This document shows positions 9,892-19,292 of a DNA stretch of 64,000 bases, in pieces; within the stretch, counting starts at the first letter, position 1; each line of letters opens with the position of its first letter. The notes under the pieces are model-generated. The model saw nothing but the letters and a program-made list of their open reading frames with translations, was not told the DNA's origin and did not search any database. The DNA lies in the NCBI GenBank assembly GCA_002314795.1, contig DCHI01000007.1, positions 5,827 through 69,826 on the forward strand. The letters run 5' to 3'. This stretch comes from Bacteroidales bacterium UBA1756 (GTDB lineage Bacteria > Bacteroidota > Bacteroidia > Bacteroidales > WCHB1-69). The position numbers and the translations under genes are program-made.

Positions 9892-10854
9892 TTATTTGTT
9901 GCGAGAACTCAATTCGTTGGCCAAAGTGATGAAATCGTTTTTCCCGGTTTCGTTTCCTGCCGAAATCTTGCCGAGCTCCACCAATGCTTTTTGTACGTAA
10001 GCTTCAATTTGAGCTTCTGTTTTGTGCTTAATATCAAGCTTTTCGTAGATGTTGGTGACGGCAAGGAATTTTTCTTTTTCATCAAAATTCGTAGAAGAAA
10101 AGTAATGAAGAAGTTGCTGTTTATCAGTATCTTGTGCATCTTGAAGTGAGCGAAGATACAGGTAGGTTTTCTTGTTTTCACGAATGTCGCCGCCGATGGG
10201 TTTCCCGAAAATGTTGGTGTCACCGTAAACGTCCAAAAGGTCGTCTTTGAGTTGGAAGGCGATCCCGATGTTGATGCCGTACTGGTAAATGGCCTCTTGG
10301 TCGGCGGGTGTTGCCCCCGAAAGGATGGCGCCGGCTTTGAGGCAGCCGGCCAGCATAACCGCTGTCTTGTAACGAATCATCTGGATGAAGTCGTCGATGG
10401 AGACGTTTTCAGACGTTTCGAAGTCAAGGTCTTTTTGCTGGCCTTCGCAAATTTCGACGGAGGTCTGCGACAGGAGGTCAGTGAGGGCGATGATGGTTTC
10501 GGGTTGAGCGGGCGTGTGGAGCATTTCCTGAAGTGCGAGCGTGGCAAGCGCGTCGCCGGATAGAATGGCGATGTTGCTGTTCCAGTGCTTATAGACCGTC
10601 GGTTGGCCACGGCGAATCGGTGCATTGTCCATAATATCGTCGTGAATCAGGGTGAAATTGTGAAGCATTTCAAATGCTGCTGCGGGATGAAGTGCCGCTT
10701 CTTCGTCGCCGCCGAAAAAGCGAGTGGACATCATCACGAGTTTGGGACGGAGCCGCTTTCCGCCTTGCGAAAGAGTGTAGTAGATGGGATTGTACAGATT
10801 TGCGGGCTCTCTATTCAAGGAGATTTTTTTGAAATATTCTTCTAACTTATTCAA
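9892..10854 (-). CDS. Polyprenyl diphosphate synthase (trans-IPPS)
   Basis: Two Asp-rich motifs, LIHDDIMD and QLKDDLLD. 320 aa. Confidence 0.9.
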   Translation of the reverse strand: MNKLEEYFKKISLNREPANLYNPIYYTLSQGGKRLRPKLVMMSTRFFGGDEEAALHPAAAFEMLHNFTLIHDDIMDNAPIRRGQPTVYKHWNSNIAILSGDALATLALQEMLHTPAQPETIIALTDLLSQTSVEICEGQQKDLDFETSENVSIDDFIQMIRYKTAVMLAGCLKAGAILSGATPADQEAIYQYGINIGIAFQLKDDLLDVYGDTNIFGKPIGGDIRENKKTYLYLRSLQDAQDTDKQQLLHYFSSTNFDEKEKFLAVTNIYEKLDIKHKTEAQIEAYVQKALVELGKISAGNETGKNDFITLANELSSRNK

Positions 10855-10909
10855 AATAAATAATTTATAATTGTACTATAATGAAGTTTGCTTTATTTTA
10901 AGAAAGTCG

Positions 10910-10917
10910 CAAAATTA
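10910..10917 (-). promoter_or_regulatory. -7 promoter box (TAATTTTG on minus strand)
   Basis: CAAAATTA on the plus strand, ~55 nt upstream of the polyprenyl synthase ATG. Head of the 10854->6112 gene string. Confidence 0.4.
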
Positions 10918-10950
10918 CACTAAATCAACGGATTGACCACGACTTTTTTA

Positions 10951-10985
10951 AAATAAAAAAGGCGATGTCCTAAAAAACACCGCCT
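10951..10985 (-). terminator. Rho-independent terminator after the SIMPL gene
   Basis: Stem GGCGATG/CACCGCC (one mismatch), followed on the minus strand by TTTTTTATTT. Confidence 0.6.
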
Positions 10986-11010
10986 GTAAATCGTTGATTA
11001 TCTACAAAGA

Positions 11011-11754
11011 CTATTTCACGTAGTAGGTCAGTCTCATATTGATGCTGGCGCGTTTGTTCTTGGAGGAGGTGTTGAAAGCCCCGCCCCAGGAGTAGTCTTC
11101 GTCGGAGGAGTTGGGTGCTGTAATTTGGAAAACGCCCATATTGGCGACTTTCAACCCTGCCAATTTTGAACCGGCATTCTTGGTGATGGTTTCGGCACGG
11201 TTGCGAGCATCTTGGGTTGCTTCGGCCAGCATCTCGATTTTCAAGTCAGCCAATTTTGTGTAGTAATAGTCAGGACCATAAGTGTTTACATTGATTCCTT
11301 CGTCCAATAACTCTGCAATATTCTGGTAGAGTTTTTCAACCTTTTCAACATTTTTTGATTCAATACGAACATTTTGTGTGATGGAATAACCTTCAAAAAC
11401 GTCGAAGCTGCGTTCGGAATTCCGGTCGTATTCGTAGCGGTAATTAGGATTGCACTGAATGGCCTTGAAGTGAATTTCGTTTTCCGGGATCCCTTTTCCG
11501 ATGAGGTATTCCTTTACCGTTTGATTCATCTTTTTGATTTGCTCGTAAGCGGTCTTTTGGTCCATATCTTTTGTGCTGTAATTGAAATCCCAGACGATGA
11601 GGTCGGAGGTGAAGTCACGTTCGGCAAGACCGATAACGGAAACGGTTTTGGTCGGGGCTTTGGCTTGGTAGAATGCAACACCGATGGCGATGGAACCTAA
11701 TACGAAACACACACCGACAATGACACTAATGATGATTCTTGTTTTGTCTGACAT
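11011..11754 (-). CDS. SIMPL (DUF541) domain membrane-anchored protein
   Basis: ORF-track frame 11011..11826. I prefer ATG at 11754 (MSDKTRIIISVIVGVCFVL, a TM anchor). SIMPL-like body ending in the NMRLTYYVK pattern. Confidence 0.75.
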   Translation of the reverse strand: MSDKTRIIISVIVGVCFVLGSIAIGVAFYQAKAPTKTVSVIGLAERDFTSDLIVWDFNYSTKDMDQKTAYEQIKKMNQTVKEYLIGKGIPENEIHFKAIQCNPNYRYEYDRNSERSFDVFEGYSITQNVRIESKNVEKVEKLYQNIAELLDEGINVNTYGPDYYYTKLADLKIEMLAEATQDARNRAETITKNAGSKLAGLKVANMGVFQITAPNSSDEDYSWGGAFNTSSKNKRASINMRLTYYVK

Positions 11755-11794
11755 AATGGTGATTTTTAAGGGGTTGATAAAAATAAATTGGACG

Positions 11795-11831
11795 TAAAAC
11801 GGCTTGCACATTCTAATATTGTGCAAGCCGT
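11795..11831 (-). terminator. Rho-independent terminator after EF-G
   Basis: Perfect 12-bp stem ACGGCTTGCACA / TGTGCAAGCCGT with a 9-nt loop, then TTTT on the minus strand. Confidence 0.7.
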
Positions 11832-11862
11832 TCTATTTGTTTTCACATCTTGTATGCCGCCG

Positions 11863-13953
11863 CTATTTCCCTTGCGCTTTGGCACGTTCTTCGTCTTGCC
11901 GTTTCTTGATGATTTCGGCCTGACGGTCCGCCGGCATCTGCATATATTGGTAGAATTCCATCGAATAGTTGGCACGGCCAGAGGTGATGTTGCGAAGCGC
12001 GGTCGCATAGCCGAACATTTCCATCAACGGAATGAAACCGTCCAACTTTTGTGAACCCTTTCTGAAACGACGCATATTTTCAATACGGCCACGGCGCTTG
12101 TTCAAGTCGCGTGTGACATTTCCAATGTAGTCGTCCGGTGTGTTGACTTCCACCTTCATCACCGGCTCCATAATGATCGGGTTGGCTTGGCGGAACGCTT
12201 GTTTGAAACACATAGCGGCACAAGTCTGGAACGCCATATCGCTGGAGTCAACGGGGTGGAAACTACCATCTACTAATACGCATTTGACATCCACAACCGG
12301 ATAGCCGGCGATGGGGCTCTTTTCCATCGCTTTCATCAAACCTTTTTGGATGGAGGGCAAATACTCTTTGGGAACAACGCCGCCTTTGGTAACATCAACG
12401 AACTCAAAACCTTTGCCAGGGTTCGGTTCGAAACGGATGACCGTGTGTGCAAACTGGCCTTTACCACCCGTCTGCTTAACGTGACGATAGTTGCACTCTT
12501 TTTCGGTGGTGATAGTTTCTCTGAATGAGACGGACGGTTCTCCCACCGTAATCGGTACTTTAAATTCATCGCGGATGCGTTCCACGAGGATTTCCAGGTG
12601 AAGTTCGCCCATACCCGCGATGATGGTCTCTTCGGTCTCTTCGTCAAAATGGGAATGGAAGGAGGGGTCTTCGTTCGTGAGCTTGGCGAGGGCCTCACCC
12701 AACTTGTTACGACTTTTTTTGTCGTCCAATTCCAGTTTCATCTCAATAACGGCGGGGGGGACGGCGATAGACTCTAACAAAATCGGTTGGTTCTCATCGC
12801 AGAGCGTATCTCCGGTACGAGTGAGTTTCATTCCGACGAGCGCTACGATTTCACCGGCTTCGGCTTCTGTGATTTCTTCACGTTCTTTGGCCTTGATACG
12901 GAAAATACGACCGATGCGTTCCGTCTTTCCTTTATTCGTATTGTAAACCGTCATACCGCTGGTGATTTTTCCACTGAAGATACGGATGAAGGTTTGCTGG
13001 CCGACGTACGGGTCGTTGATAAGTTTGAATGCTAAAGCGGCTACGGGTTCGTTGGCAGTGGGGTGTAGTTGGAACGTTTTCTCTTCATCGTCCGGATCGT
13101 GGGCAATGACGGCGCCCAAATCGGTAGGAGAGGGGAGGTAGTCGACGACGGCATCCAACAGCAGCTGGATGCCCTTGTTTTTGTAAGCGGCGCCGCACAA
13201 GACGGGCGTCACAAGCAGTTTGATGGTGGATTCTCGGATGGCCTTTTTCAGTTGCTTCTCTTCCACATCCGAACCCTCCAAATAGAGCATCGCGATTTCG
13301 TCATCGAAGTCAGCCAATTTTTCAATCATTGCGTTGCGGGCTTCCTTGGCCTGTGGCAAAAGTTCTTGAGGAATTTCGCTGACGATGCGCTCTTTTTCTT
13401 TGAAAGTGATGGACTTCATTGTAACGAGGTCAATCATTCCCTGAAATTCACTTTCGGCGCCGATGGGCATTTGAATGGGCATTGCGTTGGCTCCGAGGTA
13501 TTTCCCCATTTGAGCGACCACCTCGCCGAAGTTGGCGCCCACGCGGTCCATCTTGTTGACGAAGGCGATACGGGGAACGCGATATTTGTCGGCTTGGTTC
13601 CAGACGGTTTCGCTCTGCGGTTCCACGCCGCCGACAGCGCAGAAAACGGCGACCATTCCGTCGATGACGCGCAACGAACGTTCCACCTCGATGGTGAAGT
13701 CAACGTGGCCGGGAGTGTCAATCAGGTTGATCTGGTGGTCGTTCCAGTGTGCGGTGATGGCTGCGGAGGCGATGGTGATGCCTCGTTCCTGTTCCTGTTT
13801 CATAAAGTCCATCGTGGCTTGCCCGTCGTGGGTTTCTCCCACTTTGCGGTTGACGCCGGTGAAAAACAGGATTCTTTCGGAAACCGTGGTCTTGCCAGCA
13901 TCAATGTGGGCGGCAATTCCGATGTTTCTTAACTTCGAAATGTTATTGCTCAT
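11863..13953 (-). CDS. fusA: Translation elongation factor G (stand-alone copy)
   Basis: G1 [10 protein letters not shown]3 DTPGHVDF and G4 NKMD. Full five-domain length (696 aa). Not next to rpsL/rpsG, so possibly the EF-G paralogue. Confidence 0.9.
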   Translation of the reverse strand: MSNNISKLRNIGIAAHIDAGKTTVSERILFFTGVNRKVGETHDGQATMDFMKQEQERGITIASAAITAHWNDHQINLIDTPGHVDFTIEVERSLRVIDGMVAVFCAVGGVEPQSETVWNQADKYRVPRIAFVNKMDRVGANFGEVVAQMGKYLGANAMPIQMPIGAESEFQGMIDLVTMKSITFKEKERIVSEIPQELLPQAKEARNAMIEKLADFDDEIAMLYLEGSDVEEKQLKKAIRESTIKLLVTPVLCGAAYKNKGIQLLLDAVVDYLPSPTDLGAVIAHDPDDEEKTFQLHPTANEPVAALAFKLINDPYVGQQTFIRIFSGKITSGMTVYNTNKGKTERIGRIFRIKAKEREEITEAEAGEIVALVGMKLTRTGDTLCDENQPILLESIAVPPAVIEMKLELDDKKSRNKLGEALAKLTNEDPSFHSHFDEETEETIIAGMGELHLEILVERIRDEFKVPITVGEPSVSFRETITTEKECNYRHVKQTGGKGQFAHTVIRFEPNPGKGFEFVDVTKGGVVPKEYLPSIQKGLMKAMEKSPIAGYPVVDVKCVLVDGSFHPVDSSDMAFQTCAAMCFKQAFRQANPIIMEPVMKVEVNTPDDYIGNVTRDLNKRRGRIENMRRFRKGSQKLDGFIPLMEMFGYATALRNITSGRANYSMEFYQYMQMPADRQAEIIKKRQDEERAKAQGK

Positions 13954-14002
13954 TCTTTATCTATTTGATTTATAGTTATTTAATACTCTTGATAATCGGC
14001 CG

Positions 14003-14010
14003 CAAAGATA
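14003..14010 (-). promoter_or_regulatory. -7 promoter box (TATCTTTG on minus strand)
   Basis: CAAAGATA on the plus strand, 50 nt upstream of the EF-G ATG. Confidence 0.45.
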
Positions 14011-14109
14011 CAACTTTCTATTGAATTGCCTCCTTTTTTTAAAATTAATAATTTATAGTTAATTAAGAAACGAAGAAACTAAGTTCGTCCACCGGGGCTG
14101 CATCAAAAA

Positions 14110-14228
14110 AGTAGGAAGTAAGAAGTAGAAAGTAGGAAGTAAGAAGTAGAAAGTATGAAGTAGGAAGTAAGAAGTAGGAAGTAAGAAGTATGAAGTAGAA
14201 AGTATGAAGTAAGAAGTATGAAGTAGGG
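14110..14228. repeat. 7-bp tandem repeat, 17 copies (AGTAGGA/AGTAAGA/AGTAGAA/AGTATGA)
   Basis: Counted directly from 14110 to 14228 (119 bp). Confidence 0.95.
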
Positions 14229-14505
14229 GCTCCACATTGTGCGTTATATCGTGGCCAGCCCCGACGGGGCTGCACATCAGTAACCCCGTACAAGGACGAT
14301 AGTCCGCAGTGCGGGGAGAGTCCGCCGTAGGAACGTCACATTGTGGCGTCCCTTCACAGAGGCGCGGCACGTGCGATAGGATGTAAAAGTCACCGTGCCA
14401 TCTGCCGCGCAAATGACACCGCCGCGCGAAGAGAGACGTTTCATGAAACGTCTGTACGTTTGAAAGCCCGACGGCGACCAACGGGAGCCGGAACGCCCAA
14501 GTGAG
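14226..14505. repeat. GC-rich cluster of hairpin/palindromic elements (REP/BIME-like)
   Basis: Hairpins at 14226..14262 and 14330..14352 (GGAACGTCACATTGTGGCGTCCC). GCGCGGC/GCCGCGC pairing at 14362..14410. Perfect 20-bp palindrome AGACGTTTCATGAAACGTCT at 14434..14453. Confidence 0.6.
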
Positions 14506-14509
14506 TATG

Positions 14510-14550
14510 AAAGTTTGTAAAGTTTATAAAGTTTGTAAAGTTTATAAAGT
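14510..14550. repeat. 9-bp tandem repeat, 4 copies plus a partial one (AAAGTTTGT/AAAGTTTAT)
   Basis: Same unit as 1644..1730, in the opposite orientation. Confidence 0.9.
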
Positions 14551-14591
14551 AATTAGGAGAGGAAAAAGAGGGTAATTCTTGAAATAATAAA

Positions 14592-14626
14592 AATTTCGCT
14601 GAAGAAAACAATAATTTCGCTGAAGA
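14592..14626. repeat. Direct repeat AATTTCGCTGAAGA x2 (21-bp period) upstream of the first TonB gene
   Basis: Exact 14-mers at 14592..14605 and 14613..14626, 60-95 nt upstream of ATG 14687. Confidence 0.8.
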
Positions 14627-14686
14627 TACGTTGTATATCAAATAGCTACAGAAACCCTTTTATTCACCCCTATAAATCCCTTAGCT

Positions 14687-15379
14687 ATGCGTAACAAAAA
14701 AAGTTTTAAAGCAGATTTGGAAAAAAGAAAAATCCTCTTTTTCGCGGTGGGTTGCATCATCGCTTTTTCTCTTTCCTGGATTAGTTTGGACTTGTTAGCA
14801 ACGAAACCAAACGTTAAGCCCGTCTTCTTAGACGAACCCGCCTTGGCGGTTCAAGAGGAGTATCTTCCACCGGAAGTAGATAAAAAAGTGGAAGAACCTC
14901 TCCGTCAGGAGATTCAAAAAATGGCTTCCGAGATGCTTTTTTCCATCGTGAAGAACAATGAAGTGGAGACGTTCTCGAGTCTTTTCCCGGTTGAGTACGA
15001 CCCTGACCTGACCGTAGTGGATTGGGATGAGACGGAAGTTGTGCCGGAACCTATTGATGATGAGATTTATACGTTTGTTGAGGTGATGCCCGAATTTCCG
15101 GGAGGAATGCCCGCACTGAACGACTTTCTCCGTTCCCATTTGAAGTATCCGGCTCCCGCCGTTGAAGCGGGCGCACAAGGTACGGTTCTGGTGGAATTTG
15201 TCGTCGAAAAGGACGGCAGTGTCAGCGGATCCAAAGTCGTTGTCTCAGCGTTCCCAGCCTTGGATGCGGAAGCACTTCGCGTCGTTAGCTCCCTCCCAAA
15301 ATGGAAACCGGGTGCTGCCAACGGACGCCCCGTGCGCGTCTATTACAACGTCCCCATCCATTTCAGTCTAAGTAACTAA
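14687..15379 (+). CDS. TonB family protein (energy transducer, TonB_C domain)
   Basis: N-terminal TM anchor, acidic/Pro linker, and C-terminal FPGGMPALNDFLRSHLKYPAPAVEAGAQGTVLVEFVVEKDGSV... Confidence 0.85.
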   Translation: MRNKKSFKADLEKRKILFFAVGCIIAFSLSWISLDLLATKPNVKPVFLDEPALAVQEEYLPPEVDKKVEEPLRQEIQKMASEMLFSIVKNNEVETFSSLFPVEYDPDLTVVDWDETEVVPEPIDDEIYTFVEVMPEFPGGMPALNDFLRSHLKYPAPAVEAGAQGTVLVEFVVEKDGSVSGSKVVVSAFPALDAEALRVVSSLPKWKPGAANGRPVRVYYNVPIHFSLSN

Positions 15380-15392
15380 TTGATTAGTAGAT

Positions 15393-15431
15393 ATGGAGGA
15401 ATATTTAAAACGAATATTCCTCCATTTTTTT
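15393..15431 (+). terminator. Rho-independent terminator
   Basis: 13-bp perfect stem ATGGAGGAATATT / AATATTCCTCCAT, followed by T7. Confidence 0.8.
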
Positions 15432-15481
15432 GGAAAGAAAATTTTATTTTTTGAGGGTGGCTTCCGTATTCAAAATTTTTA

Positions 15482-15489
15482 TACTTTTG
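15482..15489 (+). promoter_or_regulatory. -7 promoter box TACTTTTG
   Basis: 35 nt upstream of ATG 15524. Confidence 0.5.
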
Positions 15490-15523
15490 CCCGCTATTTT
15501 TGTTCACTATAAATCATTGTCTT

Positions 15524-16216
15524 ATGGCAAATAAAAAATCATTTAAAGCTGACCTTGAAAAGAGAAAAATTATCTTTTTTGCAGTCGGCTGTATTGTGGC
15601 TATGTCACTCTCTTGGGTGTGCTTGGATTTGTTGGCCACCACAGAAAAAAAGGTAGATGTTATCCAAGATGAAGCAGAAGCAGCAACGGTTGACGAATAC
15701 ACGCCACCGGAAACTGACGAAAAACCGCAAGAGCAGAAACAGGAAGAAGTTCAACAGCAAAATACGGAAATCATCCTTAACATTGTAGAAAATACTGCTA
15801 AAGCTGACTTTGATTTCAATTTCGGTCAGGATGTTACGGATGAAATGACGATTGACGAATGGGAAGCTCCCGAAGTCGTTGAAGAAGTTGCTGCCGAAGA
15901 ACCTCCGGTACGCTTTGTAGAACAGATGCCCGAATTTCCTGGTGGTATGCCCGCTTTGAATCAATATCTTCGCGAACATCTCCAGTATCCGGCTGCCGCT
16001 CGTGACGCAGGTGCTATGGGTACGGTGTTGGTTGAGTTCGTCGTTGAAAAAGACGGCAGTGTCAGTAACGCGAAGGTCGTCGTTTCTCAGTTCCCCGCTT
16101 TGGACGAAGAAGCTCTCCGCGTAGTTCGCTCGCTTCCGAAATGGAAACCGGGCGAAAGCAATGGCCGCAAGGTCCGTGTTTTCTACAACGTTCCGATTAA
16201 GTTCGATTTGCAATAA
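15524..16216 (+). CDS. TonB family protein (tandem paralogue)
   Basis: The track ORF starts at TTG 15500. ATG 15524 gives MANKKSFKADLEKRKIIFFAVGC..., colinear with the first copy. The TonB_C domain is conserved. Confidence 0.85.
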   Translation: MANKKSFKADLEKRKIIFFAVGCIVAMSLSWVCLDLLATTEKKVDVIQDEAEAATVDEYTPPETDEKPQEQKQEEVQQQNTEIILNIVENTAKADFDFNFGQDVTDEMTIDEWEAPEVVEEVAAEEPPVRFVEQMPEFPGGMPALNQYLREHLQYPAAARDAGAMGTVLVEFVVEKDGSVSNAKVVVSQFPALDEEALRVVRSLPKWKPGESNGRKVRVFYNVPIKFDLQ

Positions 16217-16239
16217 TCGTTTTACACATAATTATAAAG

Positions 16240-16270
16240 GAGGATGATTCAGCGTCATCCTCTTTTTTTT
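16240..16270 (+). terminator. Rho-independent terminator
   Basis: Stem GAGGATGA / TCATCCTC, followed by T8. Confidence 0.8.
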
Positions 16271-16284
16271 GCCAAAAAAATAAG

Positions 16285-16292
16285 TAAGTTTG
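16285..16292 (+). promoter_or_regulatory. -7 promoter box TAAGTTTG
   Basis: 23 nt upstream of the TTG start at 16315. Confidence 0.5.
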
Positions 16293-16314
16293 CACCCTCA
16301 AATTATCCAAGACA

Positions 16315-18267
16315 TTGAAGAACAAAACACTTTCTCTGGTTTTTACCGGACTCGCTTTCATCGCCTTCCTCCATTTGACGGCACTGCTGCTGCTGACCGT
16401 CGTGAGGATTCTGTTCATCGTTTTTTGTTCCCCCGCAGACGGCAATTCCTTCGGGCTGATACTCCGTTCCATCGCTATCGGTCTGCAATTTGACAACTGG
16501 GTTTTGTCGTTCATCACGGCGCTCCCGTTGACCGTTGTGGGCATTGCTACTTTGGCCGGCGTCGCTCCGAAAAAACTGAAAATTCCGGTCAACGTGTGGT
16601 ATTTTACGTTCGTCATCCCCGTTTTTATCCTCGGAATTGCGGACATCCCCTACTTTTTGTATTTCAATGACCATATCAACATCGGGAGTTTTTCGTGGTT
16701 CGCCTTTGCCAAGGATACCTTCGGAATGATTTTCTTGGATTGGCACAATTACTTGTATTTGTCGTTAGTGGTCATTTTTTCTTTTCTATTCATTTTCAAT
16801 ATTTTAAGAATAGAAAAAATTATTTTTTCAAGACAAGAAGAGGTCGTTCCTGCCCGTCGGCGGCTGAAATGGATTCCGATGTTCTTGCTGATGGGGGCCG
16901 CCTGTTTTGCAGGAATGCGCGGAAGTTTTCAACGGTACCCGCTCCGAATTGGCGTCGCTTATTTCAGTGACAACAATTTTTATAACCGCGTGGGCCTGAA
17001 TCCGGTTTTCAACATCGTGGAAAGTTGCAAATACTATTTCGATGAGTCGGCGCCCGAAATCAGTGAAGTTGATGTGAACCAAGCGTTGCTTTTTGTTCAA
17101 AAAGAGTTGGAAATCAATGTTTCTGATAAGAATTATCATTCTTCTTTTCCTTTAAAAAGAAAGATTATTTTTCAAGAAGAAGGGGAAAAGTACAATGTGG
17201 TTGTTATCCTGATGGAGTCGGTGGCGACGGCTGACCTGGAACGGACTTATAATGGAAAGCCGGTGATGCCGTTCCTTTCACAACTACGAAATAACTCGCT
17301 TTATTTCAGTAATTTCTATTCTGCTGGCAATCACACCAATTGTGGAATTACCGCCACACTTTATGGGTACACGCCCGATTTTGCCAAGCCCACGATGACG
17401 GTGCCTTCTACGCGCTATACCGGTCTGCCCGATGCCCTGAAAAAGTTAGGATACAAAAATCATTTTTTCATTACGGGAAATCCTCAGTACGACCGGATGA
17501 ATTCGTTTTTGTACGACAACCACTTTGAACGGCTTCATTCCTCGTATGATTATCCTAACAGCAAGCAAGTCAATAATTTCGGAGTTGCCGATGACTATCT
17601 TTTTGAGTACGGACTCCAGAAGTTGGATGAATTGGCAAAGAGCACGGCGCCGTTTTTTGCTACTTTCCTCACCGTCAGCAACCACCCGCCGTACATCATT
17701 CCCGACGAGTACAAGAATTGTGGTGCAACCGACCACGAACGGATTTTGGCTTTTGCCGACCATTGTCTCCAACAGTTTGTGGAGTCGGCTCAAAAGCGTT
17801 CGTGGGGACCAAAAACGCTGTTCGTTCTGTTAGGCGACCACGGAAATTTAGATGGTAACAATCTGTATGATATGCCGTTGCAGTACAATCACATCCCCTG
17901 TTTTGTCATCGGTCCTGATGAAATAGTAAAGTCGGAGACTTGTGAAACGCCCGGTAGCCAAATCGACCTCGGCGCCACCTTGATGGGACTGTTGCATCTT
18001 TCATACACCGACAATTCGATGGGAACAAACCTGATGGAACGTCCGAAAAAATATGCTTATTTTGTCGGTGACAATCACATCGGCTGCTGCGACGGAACCT
18101 ATTTTTTCTGTCATAACATCAACAGTAAGAATGACTTTCTATACAAGATTGGTGATTCAGAAAATCTTGCTTCTGCGCTTTCATCGAAAACGGAAGAGAT
18201 GAGACAGTACTGCTATCGGATGATGGCGGTTAACAATGCGGCTAAAAAACAAAAGTGGACAGAATGA
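16315..18267 (+). CDS. LTA synthase / phosphoglycerol-transferase family sulfatase-fold membrane protein
   Basis: About five N-terminal TM helices, then a sulfatase-domain pattern (VVVILMESVATADL...NFYSAGNHTNCGI...LGDHG). The only in-frame start near the promoter is TTG. Confidence 0.8.
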   Translation: MKNKTLSLVFTGLAFIAFLHLTALLLLTVVRILFIVFCSPADGNSFGLILRSIAIGLQFDNWVLSFITALPLTVVGIATLAGVAPKKLKIPVNVWYFTFVIPVFILGIADIPYFLYFNDHINIGSFSWFAFAKDTFGMIFLDWHNYLYLSLVVIFSFLFIFNILRIEKIIFSRQEEVVPARRRLKWIPMFLLMGAACFAGMRGSFQRYPLRIGVAYFSDNNFYNRVGLNPVFNIVESCKYYFDESAPEISEVDVNQALLFVQKELEINVSDKNYHSSFPLKRKIIFQEEGEKYNVVVILMESVATADLERTYNGKPVMPFLSQLRNNSLYFSNFYSAGNHTNCGITATLYGYTPDFAKPTMTVPSTRYTGLPDALKKLGYKNHFFITGNPQYDRMNSFLYDNHFERLHSSYDYPNSKQVNNFGVADDYLFEYGLQKLDELAKSTAPFFATFLTVSNHPPYIIPDEYKNCGATDHERILAFADHCLQQFVESAQKRSWGPKTLFVLLGDHGNLDGNNLYDMPLQYNHIPCFVIGPDEIVKSETCETPGSQIDLGATLMGLLHLSYTDNSMGTNLMERPKKYAYFVGDNHIGCCDGTYFFCHNINSKNDFLYKIGDSENLASALSSKTEEMRQYCYRMMAVNNAAKKQKWTE

Positions 18268-18280
18268 TAGAAAAAAGTGC

Positions 18281-18288
18281 TACTTTTG
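18281..18288 (+). promoter_or_regulatory. -7 promoter box TACTTTTG
   Basis: 37 nt upstream of ATG 18325. Confidence 0.45.
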
Positions 18289-18324
18289 CGGCCTGTTTTG
18301 AATTTTTAAAACAATAATATAATT

Positions 18325-19287
18325 ATGAAAAAGTTTTTCACACTGCTTTGCACCCTTTTGGCTGCACAAATTCTTTATGGACAAACCATTACAAACGCCG
18401 GTTTTGAGGAATGGACGGACAATACCCACGCCGTAGGTTGGAATTCCTCTTTCGAGGCCTCTTTTACTTATTCCTATATGGGTATTCCTCTTCCAATCAC
18501 CATTGATTTTAATGCGGTACAAAAATTTACAGATGCGGTCCACGGAGGTAATTTTGCTGTGGAAGTCATCCCGCAACAGGCGTCCGTTCTGACTTCATCT
18601 TTCAATCTTCCTGGTATCGTGCAATTAGGACAATTTAACACGGACTCTCTCGGTACGATGGATTTCAGCACGATTGATATTGATAATTTTGATTTCACTC
18701 AGTTCATTTATGGTGGAATTGCCTGCGGTCAATTGCCGACCAAAGCGACTGCGTGGGTGATGTACGCGCCGGTTGATGGCGATACGCTTCTGGCGGGTGT
18801 CATCGCCACACGTTGGAACAACGGACAGCGAGAAATCGTTGCACAGGGCGAGTACACCAATAACAATCCTATCGACCAATATACGCAAATAGAAATTCCT
18901 TTTACTGTAAAACCGGGAATGGAGGGCGTGAATCCAGATACTGTCAACATCATTTTCTGTACGTCAAGAAGAAGTACGAACGAAAATACTCGTCTCTATA
19001 TAGATGATGTAGAGCTTGTTATGGGAGGAACAGGCATTTTTGAAGTCGGGAATCTTCCCATTTTCAATGTCCAGCCCAACCCCGCCACCGATTTTATCGT
19101 AGTAACACCTATTTCAGACGAACCTTACGCAGTTCGGATGTACGACCTTAATGGTAAGTTGGTTTGGGCCGAAAACGGCTTGGCAGGAAGTACTCGTTTC
19201 CCCGTTTCTGAAATGGCAAAAGGAACCTATCTGTTGCAAGTGAAACAAGGGGCCAACGTCCGTACGCAAAAAGTCATACTCAACTAA
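18325..19287 (+). CDS. T9SS C-terminal-domain secreted protein (PCMD-like N-terminal domain)
   Basis: Signal peptide and ITNAGFEEWTD (PCMD-like). C-terminus is VQPNPATDFIVV...YDLNGKLV...GTYLLQVK....KVILN (T9SS type A sorting domain). Confidence 0.7.
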   Translation: MKKFFTLLCTLLAAQILYGQTITNAGFEEWTDNTHAVGWNSSFEASFTYSYMGIPLPITIDFNAVQKFTDAVHGGNFAVEVIPQQASVLTSSFNLPGIVQLGQFNTDSLGTMDFSTIDIDNFDFTQFIYGGIACGQLPTKATAWVMYAPVDGDTLLAGVIATRWNNGQREIVAQGEYTNNNPIDQYTQIEIPFTVKPGMEGVNPDTVNIIFCTSRRSTNENTRLYIDDVELVMGGTGIFEVGNLPIFNVQPNPATDFIVVTPISDEPYAVRMYDLNGKLVWAENGLAGSTRFPVSEMAKGTYLLQVKQGANVRTQKVILN

Positions 19288-19292
19288 CGAAG

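Noticed and set aside
14226-14505. Known structured RNA (RNase P RNA, tmRNA, SRP RNA or 6S) in the GC-rich segment
   Set aside because: GGGGAGAGTCCGCC and GGGGCTGCA superficially recall the RNase P P4 region and the tmRNA 5' end. But the segment is too short and lacks the other universally conserved blocks (ACAGAA..GGCTTA, a tag ORF, a tRNA-like 3' end). It is kept only as an unclassified structured/repeat region.
14592-14626. The AATTTCGCTGAAGA x2 boxes considered as a Fur box controlling TonB
   Set aside because: The sequence has no resemblance to the GATAATGATAATCATTATC-type Fur consensus and no dyad symmetry. It is reported only as a direct repeat of unknown role.
14059-14641. ORFs 14059..14481(-), 14063..14293(-) and 14441..14641(-) in the EF-G/TonB spacer
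   Set aside because: The translations ([20 protein letters not shown]...) simply mirror the 7-mer and 9-mer arrays and the GC-rich hairpins. There is no start context, promoter box or recognisable domain.
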